Source: Syntrophales bacterium (GTDB lineage: Bacteria; Desulfobacterota; Syntrophia; Syntrophales; Fen-1087). From it: 64,000 nucleotides of DNA. The position numbers and the translations under genes are program-made. How positions within the stretch are numbered: position 1 is the first letter of the stretch; every line of letters begins with the position of its first letter. The notes below the pieces were generated by a model, which worked only from the letters and a program-made list of their open reading frames with translations, searched no databases and was not told the DNA's origin. Where the stretch lies: positions 6,321 to 70,320 of the forward strand of contig JAXDBM010000045.1 of NCBI GenBank assembly GCA_034678725.1. The letters are read 5' to 3'. This document shows, in pieces, positions 27,708-36,744 of this stretch.

Positions 27708-27905
27708 ATGACGACGATCAAAGTGAAAGGAATGTCCTGTAATCACTGTGTCATGGCGGTAACCAGGGCCTTGAGCACCGTGGAGGGCGTCGCGGATGTG
27801 AAGGTCAGTCTGGAGGCGGGCGAGGCATCCTTCGAGGAGCGGAAGCCCGTTGATATGGCCGTGGTCCGGGAAAAGATCGAAAAGGCGGGTTATGCAGTCG
27901 GCTGA
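27708..27905 (+). CDS. copZ: Copper chaperone CopZ (HMA domain)
   Basis: GMSCNHCV metal-binding motif, 65 aa, GGGAGGG RBS. Confidence 0.9.
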   Translation: MTTIKVKGMSCNHCVMAVTRALSTVEGVADVKVSLEAGEASFEERKPVDMAVVREKIEKAGYAVG

Positions 27906-30147
27906 TCGGACGGAAGCGCACCGGACAACGATCTCCGTCGGCGGCATGACCTGTGCGGCCTGCGTGCGGCGAGTCGAAACGGCATTGAGAGAAGTGGCCG
28001 GCGTCACCGATGTCGCCGTGAACCTGGCGACGGCGCGGGCCACCGTCACCCATGCACCGGTCTGGGGTGGTGTCGAGGCGCTGCAGAAGGTCGTGACCGA
28101 ACAGGGTTATGACTACCTGGGCGTGCAGTCAGACGGAAAAGAAGACCCCGTTGCCGAGGCCCGGGAAAAGGAAATCCGGGACCTCAGGCGCCGCTTCCTG
28201 ACGGGAGCCGTGCTGACCATTCCCATTTTCCTGGGTTCCATGCAGCACTGGTTCCCTTTTCTCAATCCGGTCCCCGGACAGGCTATGCGCTACGCCCTGT
28301 TTGTCCTGACGACACCGGTCGTCTTCTGGGTGGGCAGCCGTTTTTTTGCCGGCGCCTGGAAGGCGGCCCGGCAAAAGACGACGGACATGAATACCCTGGT
28401 GGCGGTCGGAGCTCTGTCCGCTTATCTCTATTCGGTTCTGGCGACTTTTTTCCCCCGCTTTTTCGCGACGGCGGAGCTGATGCCTCATGTCTATTACGAC
28501 GGCGCGGCCATGATCGTCACGCTGATCATTCTGGGGCGGCTTCTGGAGGCCGGGGCGAAGGGACGGACCAGTTCGGCCATCCGGCGGCTTGTCGGACTCA
28601 AACCCAGGACGGCGCGCGTGATCCGGGACGGCCGGGAAGCGGACATCGCCATTGAAGCGGTGATGAAAGAGGACATGATCCTGGTCCGGCCGGGAGAGAA
28701 GATTCCCACGGACGGCGTGGTGGTTTCAGGCGCATCGTCGGTCGATGAGTCCATGCTCACCGGCGAGAGCATGCCCGTCGAAAAGCAGGCCGGCAGCGAT
28801 GTTTTTGCCGCCACAATGAACCAGTCCGGAAGCTTTGTCTTTCGGGCGACGAAAATCGGCGCGGAGACGGCGCTGGCCAGGATCATCCGTCTCGTGGAAG
28901 AGGCGCAGGGATCAAAGGCCCCGATCCAGCGGCTGGCCGACCGGGTCGCCTCGGTCTTCGTCCCCGCGGTTTTTTTCATCGGCATTCTGACCTTCGTGGT
29001 CTGGTACTCTCTTGTCCCGGAGTCCGGTTTCAGCCGGGCGCTGCTGAATTTCATTTCCGTGCTGGTGATTGCCTGCCCCTGCGCCCTGGGATTGGCGACC
29101 CCGACCGCGGTCATGGTAGGAACCGGCCTGGGTGCGGAAAGGGGCATCCTCATCCGGGGGGGCGAAAGCCTGGAGAACGCCCACCGGCTCACCACCGTGG
29201 TCTTCGACAAGACGGGTACGCTGACCCGGGGTGAGCCCGAGGTCACGGACCTTCTGGCGGCGCCCGGCGTGGCCGTAGAGAAGGTCCTGCTGATCGCCCT
29301 GTCCATCGAATCCCTTTCGGAACATCCGCTGGCACGGGCCATCGCGGAGCGCGCCCGTCGGGAAAACCTGAATCCGCTTCCCGTCGAGTCTTTTGAGGCC
29401 GCTTCCGGCCTTGGCGCCAGAGCAGCCGTTCGGGGCATCCCCTGCATGGTTGGAAATCTCCGGCTGATGGAACAGGCGGGCCTTCGGCTGAACGGGCTTG
29501 CGGAGGCCGCGGCCCGGCTGTCCGGCGAAGGGAAGACCTGCGTTTTTGTGGCGGAGGAAAATCAGGTTATCGGCCTGATGGGGCTTTCCGATGTGCCCAA
29601 GGCATCGGCCGCAGAGGCGGTAAGGGCCCTGAAGGATCTGGGGCTGGAGGTTGCCATGATTACCGGCGACAACGCGCAAACCGCGAATGCCGCCGGCTCT
29701 GCGTTGGGTATCAGTCTGGTTCTGGCGGAGGTCCTTCCCGAAGACAAATCCGAGGCGATTCGAAAGATGCAGTCGCAAGGGCAGGTCGTGGCCATGGTGG
29801 GAGACGGCATCAACGATGCCCCGGCCCTGGCCGCTGCCGATATCGGGATTGCCATCGGGGCCGGAACGGACGTGGCCATCGAGGCCAGCGACATTACCCT
29901 CATGAGCGACGATCTGAAATCCGTGCCGGCCGCCATCCGGCTTTCCTTCGACACGATGAAGGTGATCCGGCAGAACCTGTTCTGGGCGTTCATCTACAAT
30001 GTGATCGGCATTCCCATCGCCGCCGGCATTCTGTACCCCTTCGGCGGCATCCTGCTGAATCCCGAATTCGCCGCCGCGGCCATGGCCCTGAGCTCCGTCT
30101 CCGTGGTCGGCAACTCCCTTCGACTGCGGCGATCCTGGCGGACTTAG
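27892..30147 (+). CDS. copA: Copper-translocating P1B-type ATPase
   Basis: N-terminal [11 protein letters not shown], membrane CPC, DKTGTLT phosphorylation site, and [11 protein letters not shown] at 27892 overlaps the copZ stop. Confidence 0.95.
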   Translation: MQSADRTEAHRTTISVGGMTCAACVRRVETALREVAGVTDVAVNLATARATVTHAPVWGGVEALQKVVTEQGYDYLGVQSDGKEDPVAEAREKEIRDLRRRFLTGAVLTIPIFLGSMQHWFPFLNPVPGQAMRYALFVLTTPVVFWVGSRFFAGAWKAARQKTTDMNTLVAVGALSAYLYSVLATFFPRFFATAELMPHVYYDGAAMIVTLIILGRLLEAGAKGRTSSAIRRLVGLKPRTARVIRDGREADIAIEAVMKEDMILVRPGEKIPTDGVVVSGASSVDESMLTGESMPVEKQAGSDVFAATMNQSGSFVFRATKIGAETALARIIRLVEEAQGSKAPIQRLADRVASVFVPAVFFIGILTFVVWYSLVPESGFSRALLNFISVLVIACPCALGLATPTAVMVGTGLGAERGILIRGGESLENAHRLTTVVFDKTGTLTRGEPEVTDLLAAPGVAVEKVLLIALSIESLSEHPLARAIAERARRENLNPLPVESFEAASGLGARAAVRGIPCMVGNLRLMEQAGLRLNGLAEAAARLSGEGKTCVFVAEENQVIGLMGLSDVPKASAAEAVRALKDLGLEVAMITGDNAQTANAAGSALGISLVLAEVLPEDKSEAIRKMQSQGQVVAMVGDGINDAPALAAADIGIAIGAGTDVAIEASDITLMSDDLKSVPAAIRLSFDTMKVIRQNLFWAFIYNVIGIPIAAGILYPFGGILLNPEFAAAAMALSSVSVVGNSLRLRRSWRT

Positions 30148-30839
30148 CTTTCGATTTCGAATTTGGACTTGTCGGCGCCGCAGACCGGGCAGGTCCAGTC
30201 GTCCGGCAGGTCTTCGAAGCGCACTCCCGGCTTGATGCCTCCGTCCGGATCGCCCTTTGCCGGATCGTAAACGTAGCCACAGATCGAACAGGCATACTTG
30301 GCCATTTTTTCGGCTTTCGGCCTGGGCTCCTCCTGGACGTAGGTCGGCGCGTTTTTGGAGGCCTTGCCTCCTTTCGTGTCGCGGTAGTAGGCGTAGGTCA
30401 GGGGGGGCTGGTCGTTCAGGACGTTGCTGTCCAGAACCCGGGCGGTCAGGACCACATGCGTGTTGCAGTCGATTTCCCCCGTGACCTCGGCCTCGATGTA
30501 GGCGATGGCATGCTGCAGGATAATGGGCACCCCGGTCGTGCCCAGCTTGAAGTTCACACCTTCAAACTTATTGACGCTCTTTCCGGATTTGAAGCCGAAC
30601 AGCCCGATGAAGGTCATGGGCGTGTTTTCGGACAGGATGGAGACGGAAAATTTCCGGCTGGCCTGAATATACTCATAGGTCAGGTTTTGCTTGTTGATGC
30701 TGAGCGCGACCGTCGGCGGGTTGGAGGTAACCTGGAACAGCGCGTTGGCGATCTGGCCGTTCATTCGCCCGTCTTTCATGGAACTCACGATGTACAGACC
30801 GTAGCTCAGTTTTTTAAATGCTTCTAACCCCATTTTCAA
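30144..30839 (-). CDS. hrb: Flavin-reductase-domain / rubredoxin fusion (high-molecular-weight rubredoxin, Hrb-like)
   Basis: N-terminal flavin-reductase-like fold (YGLYIVSS...NGQIANA) and a C-terminal rubredoxin [10 protein letters not shown]...DWTCPVCG. Confidence 0.8.
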   Translation of the reverse strand: MKMGLEAFKKLSYGLYIVSSMKDGRMNGQIANALFQVTSNPPTVALSINKQNLTYEYIQASRKFSVSILSENTPMTFIGLFGFKSGKSVNKFEGVNFKLGTTGVPIILQHAIAYIEAEVTGEIDCNTHVVLTARVLDSNVLNDQPPLTYAYYRDTKGGKASKNAPTYVQEEPRPKAEKMAKYACSICGYVYDPAKGDPDGGIKPGVRFEDLPDDWTCPVCGADKSKFEIES

Positions 30840-31378
30840 CGCTCCTTATCAATCAGTTTTTTCATTTCCTCTGCAAAGACATCGAACATTTTCCGGCCGA
30901 AAAGGACGAAGCGGACCCTCTCGATGTCCCCGTGTTCTTCAAGATAATCCATGACGGTTTTCAGGGCGATGCGGGCCGCCTCGTGGACCGGGTAGGCGTA
31001 AACGCCGGTGCTGATGGCCGGAAAGGAGAGGCTCTTCAATCCGCGGGCGGAGGCCAGTTTCAGGCTTTCCAGGTAGGCGCTCCTCAGCAGGTCGGCCTCG
31101 CCTCGGACGCCGCCCTGATAGACGGGTCCCACCGTGTGAATCACGTAGCGCGCTTTGAGCTTTCCTCCGGTCGTGATGACGGCCCGGCCGGTCGGACAGC
31201 CCCCGATCTTCCGGCATTCCGCCATGATGGAAGGCCCGCCGGCCTCGTGAATCGCGCCGTCCACGCCGGCGCCGCCGGCGAGCCGAGCGTTGGCCGCATT
31301 GACGATGGCATCCGTCTCTTCCCGTGTGATGTCGCCCTGGATCAGGGAAATCACGGCCTTGCCGACTTGGATGTCCAT
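30836..31378 (-). CDS. Macro-domain protein (O-acetyl-ADP-ribose deacetylase / YmdB-like)
   Basis: [26 protein letters not shown] and ISTGVYAYP. It overlaps the hrb start by 4 nt. Confidence 0.9.
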   Translation of the reverse strand: MDIQVGKAVISLIQGDITREETDAIVNAANARLAGGAGVDGAIHEAGGPSIMAECRKIGGCPTGRAVITTGGKLKARYVIHTVGPVYQGGVRGEADLLRSAYLESLKLASARGLKSLSFPAISTGVYAYPVHEAARIALKTVMDYLEEHGDIERVRFVLFGRKMFDVFAEEMKKLIDKER

Positions 31379-31405
31379 GGCCTCGCTCCTTTCCGTTTGC
31401 CCCGC

Positions 31406-33034
31406 TTAGCGGGCATCCCGAACGAGGGTTCCTTCCCCGTGAACCAGCATCCGGTAGGTTTTCTCGATCCGGTCCCAGTTTTCCTCGCGGTCCATGGACC
31501 AGTACCGCCCGATGACCGAGACGACGCGGCCCAGGCCGAGCGCATGCGCTTTTCCCTCGATTTTTTGGATATAGTTTGCGCCGCTTTCGGGCAACTCGCC
31601 CCGCCGGCCCAGCATGGCGTGAATGAAAATGTCCGTCATGCCTTGCTTTTCGGCCATTTCCATGAGCGCCAGGAGGTGATGGAGCGATCCGTGTGAGCTG
31701 AAAAAGGAGACGATGCCCATCAGGTGGAGCGCCGCGCCCGCCCCTCTGGCAGACCGCATGACATCCAGAAAGGCAGGATTCCGGAAGAAGGAGCCGTCCT
31801 GAATGGCGCGGTCGATCCGGACGCGGTCGGCATAGATCCTCCGTCCGGCGCCGATGTGCAGGTGGCCTGCCTCGGAGTTGCCGACCGTGCCCGAGGGGAG
31901 TCCCACCGCCTCCCCGGAAGCGTCGAGCGTCGTCCAGGGAAAGGTTCGCAAAAGCCGGTCCATGGTCGGGGTACGGGCCTCGGCGAACAGGTTGCCCGCC
32001 GCGGACCCGTTGTATCCCCACCCGTCGAGCAGCAGGAGGATAAGACGGCGGCAGGATGTGAGTCCGCCCGTCGGGGGAGCCGCGACAAGGGAATGTCCCG
32101 TCATCGGAGACGGCTTCGGTATGCCCATGAGTTCCAGGACGGTCGGTGCGATGTCGATCAGCCCCCCGCCCGCGCGCAGGGTGTACGGCCGGGAAGGATG
32201 GATGAGCACGAAGGGTACCGGGCTGTCCGTGTGGCCGGTATCGATGGCGCCGTCGGGATAGCGCCATTTTTCGACCGTCCCGTGGTCTGCTGTGACGATG
32301 ACCGTCATGCCGGCGCGGAGAGCCTCGTCGACCACAACTCCGGTGCAGCGGTCGACGGCTTCAATGGCCCGAATGACGGCCGGTTCGTTTTCAATGTGTC
32401 CGACGACGTCCACGTTCGGGAAATTCGCAAAAATGAAGTGGCAGTCGTTATCCCGAATCTTGACGGCAATGGCATCGGCAATCCTGTCGATGGACATTTC
32501 CGGGGCTTCGTCAAAAAGGCCGACGTCTTTGCGGGTCGGGATCACGATCCTTTCCTCACCGGGAAACGGATCGCTTCGCTTTCCACCCAGAAAGTATCCG
32601 ACATGCACCGCCTTTTCCGCTTCCGTGATTTTGGCCTGCCTCCGGTTCCGGTGGGACAGGGTTTCGCTCAGCGTTTCGCGTACCGTCTCCGTGGGGGGAA
32701 AGGCCACCCGGACATTGAGGCCGGGCTGGTACTCGATCATCGTTGCGAAGGGGCAGCGGATCTTCCGGTCCACCGGAAAGAAAGGGAATGCTGTTTCCGT
32801 GAGGCTGCGGGTCAGCTCGATTTCCCGTTCGCCCCGTATATTGTAGAAAATGACGGCATCGCCGTCCTGAATCCTGCCGACCGGACCGTTGTCTTTTCCA
32901 GTCAAAACGAGCGGTTCCAGTGTCTCGTCTTCCTGACCGGTCCGGTATGCTTTCCGGACGGCCTGCGACATCACGTTGTTCAGGGCTGCTGTCATTCCGG
33001 TTGGCTTGATGATGGCTTTTCTTTTGGTCTTCAA
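31406..33034 (-). CDS. Cofactor-independent phosphoglycerate mutase (iPGM/GpmI) homologue with circularly permuted segment order
   Basis: The C-terminal half carries canonical N-terminal iPGM motifs (LLLDGWG, GNSEAGH, GRYWSMDREENWDRIEKTYRMLVHGEG). The N-terminal half carries canonical C-terminal motifs (DGDAVIFYNIRGER, EAEKAVHV, NVDVVGH, TADHGT). The start is uncertain (TTG 33034, ATG 32995 or ATG 32971). Confidence 0.8.
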   Translation of the reverse strand: MKTKRKAIIKPTGMTAALNNVMSQAVRKAYRTGQEDETLEPLVLTGKDNGPVGRIQDGDAVIFYNIRGEREIELTRSLTETAFPFFPVDRKIRCPFATMIEYQPGLNVRVAFPPTETVRETLSETLSHRNRRQAKITEAEKAVHVGYFLGGKRSDPFPGEERIVIPTRKDVGLFDEAPEMSIDRIADAIAVKIRDNDCHFIFANFPNVDVVGHIENEPAVIRAIEAVDRCTGVVVDEALRAGMTVIVTADHGTVEKWRYPDGAIDTGHTDSPVPFVLIHPSRPYTLRAGGGLIDIAPTVLELMGIPKPSPMTGHSLVAAPPTGGLTSCRRLILLLLDGWGYNGSAAGNLFAEARTPTMDRLLRTFPWTTLDASGEAVGLPSGTVGNSEAGHLHIGAGRRIYADRVRIDRAIQDGSFFRNPAFLDVMRSARGAGAALHLMGIVSFFSSHGSLHHLLALMEMAEKQGMTDIFIHAMLGRRGELPESGANYIQKIEGKAHALGLGRVVSVIGRYWSMDREENWDRIEKTYRMLVHGEGTLVRDAR

Positions 33035-33102
33035 TCTGTATAATGAAATTTCCGGGAACTGTAAAGGGAAACTTTCCGGCTGCCCGTAAAGGACACATTC
33101 GC

Positions 33103-33131
33103 TTGAAAATTGGGCCGTTAAGTGCTATATT
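33103..33131 (+). promoter_or_regulatory. Sigma70-like promoter (TTGAAA-17 nt-TATATT)
   Basis: TTGAAA at 33103-33108 and TATATT at 33126-33131, directly upstream of the hairpin-dense segment. Confidence 0.5.
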
Positions 33132-33134
33132 AGT

Positions 33135-33343
33135 GTCCCTATCGGGGATGGTTGAAACCCCTCGCCTTTAGGCGAAGCGAAGTTTGGCGATGTCCTAGAG
33201 GGACGAGCCAAGATGACTTTCAATAAAGCGGTCGCAAAAAGTCGAATTCATTCGACACGACCGCTGAACCCATCGGCTTGGAGCCGATGGTGAATCAGTA
33301 AGGATAGAAACAAACGGATGAAGGGATTCGAAAACATCGGATC
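33135..33343 (+). other. Hairpin-dense, roughly 200-nt candidate leader / small RNA
   Basis: GTCCCT (33135-40) pairs with AGGGAC (33199-204), enclosing two hairpins. There is a nested hairpin GCGGTCG..GTCGAA-TTCA-TTCGAC..CGACCGC (33228-33264) and a perfect 9-bp hairpin CCATCGGCT-TGG-AGCCGATGG (33270-33290). A third CATCGG copy lies at 33335-40, next to the ATG. Confidence 0.35.
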
Positions 33344-33724
33344 ATGATGCGCCCGAACACGATCAAAAGCCCCGACGAAATTCTTCAGGAGGAATTCCTG
33401 CAGGAAAGAGCGGCCGTCCTCGGTCGGGCGGGTGACAGCGTTTCACAGGCCCTGGAGAAGCTTCACAGGATCGAACACCGGATCGAGACGCGTTTGCGCC
33501 GGCTGGGGGAATTGGGGAATCCGAGCGGGGAAAACACATCCCGTCATCAGGTGATCCGTGAGATCAACGGGGAGATCAGCCACTTTAACCGCGCCAGGGA
33601 GCATGCGCTGCTGAGGTACTATTATCTGATCGTGACGCGGGAAGCGATGGGGATGCGGCGCCACCAGTGGGTCGAAAAGCATTACGCGGTGCCTCCGAGA
33701 AAAAGGCATCTGCAGGACTTCTGA
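33344..33724 (+). CDS. Hypothetical 126-aa helical protein
   Basis: Protein-like composition. Its stop overlaps the pcm start (TGATG), which suggests translational coupling. The RBS is weak. Confidence 0.5.
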   Translation: MMRPNTIKSPDEILQEEFLQERAAVLGRAGDSVSQALEKLHRIEHRIETRLRRLGELGNPSGENTSRHQVIREINGEISHFNRAREHALLRYYYLIVTREAMGMRRHQWVEKHYAVPPRKRHLQDF

Positions 33725-34377
33725 TGGACCGGTACCGGAAGCAGCGGATGAGGATGGTGGATACCCAGATCCGTTCCCGCGGGATCCGGGATGTCCGCGT
33801 GCTCCGGGCGATGGAGGAGACCCCCCGGCATCTTTTCGTGGAAGAGGCGCTGAGGGATCAGGCCTATAACGACAACCCCCTCCCCATCGGAGAAAGGCAG
33901 ACCATCTCCCAGCCCTACATTGTTGCGCTGATGACCGAAGCGCTTGCATTGCAGGAGATGGATAAAGTGCTCGAAATCGGGACGGGGTCTGGCTATCAGA
34001 CGGCCGTACTGGCACAACTCGCCGACCGGGTCTGCTCCATCGAGCGGATTGCGTCGCTGGCCGGCGCGGCCAGAAGAATGCTCGATTACCTGAATGCGTA
34101 CAATGTCGCCATTCGTGTCGGGGACGGAACGTTCGGCTGGAAGGAGGAATCCCCGTTTGACGCGATTCTGGTCACGGCGGGCGCCCCGAAGATCCCGTCC
34201 CTTCTCATCGAGCAGTTGAAAGCAGGCGGCAGACTGGTCATCCCGGTGGGCGACCGGTACACCCAGACCCTGATCCGGGCGACGCGCCTGTCTGAAAAAA
34301 CTCTGGATATCAAAAAAGAAGACCTCGGCGGATGCCGGTTCGTCGATCTGATCGGAGAGCACGGTTGGGGAGTTTGA
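33724..34377 (+). CDS. pcm: Protein-L-isoaspartate O-methyltransferase
   Basis: RHLFV, QTISQPYIVA, and the SAM motif VLEIGTGSGYQTAVLA. Confidence 0.9.
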   Translation: MDRYRKQRMRMVDTQIRSRGIRDVRVLRAMEETPRHLFVEEALRDQAYNDNPLPIGERQTISQPYIVALMTEALALQEMDKVLEIGTGSGYQTAVLAQLADRVCSIERIASLAGAARRMLDYLNAYNVAIRVGDGTFGWKEESPFDAILVTAGAPKIPSLLIEQLKAGGRLVIPVGDRYTQTLIRATRLSEKTLDIKKEDLGGCRFVDLIGEHGWGV

Positions 34378-35471
34378 GGGCATATCCGCGGGGACCGGTT
34401 GCCGCAGTACGGGCGGCGGTCCTTCTGCTGTTTCTCGGTGTTCTGGCGTCTGCCTGTTCGTCACCTCTGGTCAAGCCGGCCAAGACCATCCGTGCCAAGG
34501 GGGTTTATCATCTGGTCAGGGCGGGGGAAACGCTCTCCAGTATTGCCCGGGCTTACCACATCGACATGCAGGAGCTGGCGGAGGCCAACAACATCGACAA
34601 TCCCAACCTGATCGAAGCAAACCGGGTCATCTTCATTCCCGATGCGGATCAGGTCATCGATGACGTCATGTCGCTGCCGTCCATTCGAAAAACCGAGGAT
34701 CCCGGGAAGACGCCCCGCATTGCCGGATCGCCGGAGAAATCCGGCGCGCTGCCGAAAAAGGATGCCCTTGTCCTGCCTCCGGAAGAGGGGACGGTGCTGG
34801 AGCGGCCGCTGACCGACAATCAGCCGGCTTCCGCGACGATTCGAATCAATCCCAGAAGGGACATGGACCGCCTGAGGGCGGAAGGGGAAGCCCCTGCCGT
34901 CCCGGGGGCTTCCCCGAAGGCGAAGGATGCCCCCCGAAAGGATGCACCCGGAGATGCGGCAGCGGCGCACAAGCATGCTGAAAGGGAGGCGCCGTCGGCA
35001 TTGCCCAAGGAGCCGCCGAAGCCGGTTGTGGAAAGTGCACCGGAGCAGAAGGCGAATTCCGAAGCCGGCCGGCGTGAACCGGAATCCCTGCGTTTCGATC
35101 GCAAGCGCTTCATCTGGCCCGTCCGGGGCAGGGTCGTTTCGCGATTCGGGATTCAGCCAAGCGGCATGTATTACAATGGAATCACCATCGCTGCCAAGGC
35201 AGGTCTGCCCGTTGTTGCCGCGGCAGACGGAACGATCATCTTCTCGGGTTCCCTGAAGGATTACGGAGAGACGATCATCATGAAACATGAGGACGGATAT
35301 GCGACGGTCTACACCCACCTGGGCCAGAGAAACGTCAAACTGGACGATCATCTCAAAAAGGGCGTCCAGATCGGCATGACGGGTTTGTCTGAAAAAAGAG
35401 GGGAGTCCGGGATGGTATTCGAAATCCGCTATAAGAACAAGGCGCGCAACCCCATGTTTTTTCTTCCCTGA
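34332..35471 (+). CDS. nlpD: LysM + M23 peptidase lipoprotein (NlpD-like)
   Basis: Lipobox LASACS, LysM (YHLVRAGETLSSIARAYHI), and a C-terminal M23 domain (GITIAAKAGLPVVAAADGTIIFSG...MKHEDGYATVYTHLG). An alternative TTG start at 34374 overlaps the pcm stop. Confidence 0.85.
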   Translation: MPVRRSDRRARLGSLRAYPRGPVAAVRAAVLLLFLGVLASACSSPLVKPAKTIRAKGVYHLVRAGETLSSIARAYHIDMQELAEANNIDNPNLIEANRVIFIPDADQVIDDVMSLPSIRKTEDPGKTPRIAGSPEKSGALPKKDALVLPPEEGTVLERPLTDNQPASATIRINPRRDMDRLRAEGEAPAVPGASPKAKDAPRKDAPGDAAAAHKHAEREAPSALPKEPPKPVVESAPEQKANSEAGRREPESLRFDRKRFIWPVRGRVVSRFGIQPSGMYYNGITIAAKAGLPVVAAADGTIIFSGSLKDYGETIIMKHEDGYATVYTHLGQRNVKLDDHLKKGVQIGMTGLSEKRGESGMVFEIRYKNKARNPMFFLP

Positions 35472-35518
35472 ATCAGGAAACCGGCAGGCTGGAACGGAAT
35501 CGTTGTTGTGAGGGTTTT

Positions 35519-36670
35519 ATGGAGGATTTGTCTTTCGAACAGGGTCCCATTCGGCCGCCCAGCGAGGCCAGAAGCCTGCTGGTCCGGGTGACGAGGAACT
35601 GCCCCTGGAACAAGTGCGCCTTCTGCAATTCCTATCGTGACACGGCCTTTTCGCTGAGGACGGTGGAAGAGGTCAAGAAAGACATCCGGATCGCCGGTGA
35701 CATTGCCGCTGAAATCCGGTCGCTTTCCTGGAAAATGGGAGAGGGGGGGCGCGTGACGGGGGACGTGATCAACCATCTCTGGAATCACGACGGACCGCAT
35801 CACGACGGCTATCGATCCGTCGGCGCATGGCTCTATTACGGGGGTGAATCCGTTTTCCTCCAGGATGCCAATTCCCTGATCGTCAAAACGGCTGATCTCG
35901 TGGAGATTCTTGATTTCATTAAGGAAACCTTTCCACAGGTGTCAAGAATAACCTCCTATTGCCGTTCCAAGACTGCCGCCAGAAAATCGGTGGAAGAGTT
36001 GAAAAGTCTGCGTGCAGCCGGGTTGTCAAGAATCCATATCGGCATGGAAAGCGGGTACGATCCGCTACTGGCCTTCATCCGGAAAGGAACGACGGCGGCT
36101 GAACATGTGGAAGGGGGGAAAAGAATCGTCGACGCCGGCATATCGCTGTCGGAATACGTCATTCCCGGACTGGGGGGCACGCGCTGGTCGAAGGAGCATG
36201 CCGAGGAAACGGCAAGGGTCCTCAACCGGATCAACCCGGATTTCATCCGTCTGCGTTCCCTGCACGTTGTGCGGGGCACGGACCTCGACGGGATGATGCG
36301 AAGCGGCGCGTTTACGCCGCTGGGCGACGAGGACGTTCTGCGGGAGATCCGGCGCTTCATCGAATGTCTGGAAGGCATCGAAACCATGCTGGTCAGCGAT
36401 CACATCCTGAATCTTCTCGAGGAGCTGGAGGGAAAGCTGCCGAAGGACAAGAAAAAGATGCTGGCCGCGATCGACCGGTATTTCGGGCTGCCGCCTACCG
36501 ACCGCCTGATCTTTCGAATCGGAAGGAGAAGAGGCATCTATCGAAAACTGGACGACCTGTCGGACCGGCAGACGCATGCCCGGTTGAAACAGATTGTCGA
36601 TGAATACGAAGAAGAGGATCCGGGAAGGCTGGAGCAGGACCTGTTCAAGCTGATGCATCATTACATATGA
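35519..36670 (+). CDS. Radical SAM family protein with an atypical CX4CX2C cluster spacing
   Basis: GPIRPPSEARSLLVRVTRNCPWNKCAFCNSY, followed by a TIM-barrel-like region (RIHIGMESG). Confidence 0.7.
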   Translation: MEDLSFEQGPIRPPSEARSLLVRVTRNCPWNKCAFCNSYRDTAFSLRTVEEVKKDIRIAGDIAAEIRSLSWKMGEGGRVTGDVINHLWNHDGPHHDGYRSVGAWLYYGGESVFLQDANSLIVKTADLVEILDFIKETFPQVSRITSYCRSKTAARKSVEELKSLRAAGLSRIHIGMESGYDPLLAFIRKGTTAAEHVEGGKRIVDAGISLSEYVIPGLGGTRWSKEHAEETARVLNRINPDFIRLRSLHVVRGTDLDGMMRSGAFTPLGDEDVLREIRRFIECLEGIETMLVSDHILNLLEELEGKLPKDKKKMLAAIDRYFGLPPTDRLIFRIGRRRGIYRKLDDLSDRQTHARLKQIVDEYEEEDPGRLEQDLFKLMHHYI

Positions 36671-36678
36671 AAAACAAA

Positions 36679-36707
36679 TTGACAATTTCATGTAAGTATA
36701 GTAAATA
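36679..36707 (+). promoter_or_regulatory. Sigma70-like promoter (TTGACA-17 nt-TAAATA)
   Basis: TTGACA at 36679-84 and TAAATA at 36702-07, in an AT-rich spacer upstream of carD. Confidence 0.45.
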
Positions 36708-36744
36708 ACACAATTCAAAAATAGAATGGCAGGTGGTATGTGAG

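Noticed and set aside
30144-30147. Convergent copA and hrb genes overlap at their stop codons (TAG at 30145-47 on the + strand, TAA at 30146-44 on the - strand) with no terminator between them
   Set aside because: The overlap is real but has no demonstrable functional meaning. This is common in compact genomes.
33181-33220. GGCGATG...AGATGAC resembles parts of the fluoride (crcB) riboswitch consensus
   Set aside because: The spacing and the remaining conserved positions do not fit. No crcB or fluoride-related gene lies downstream.
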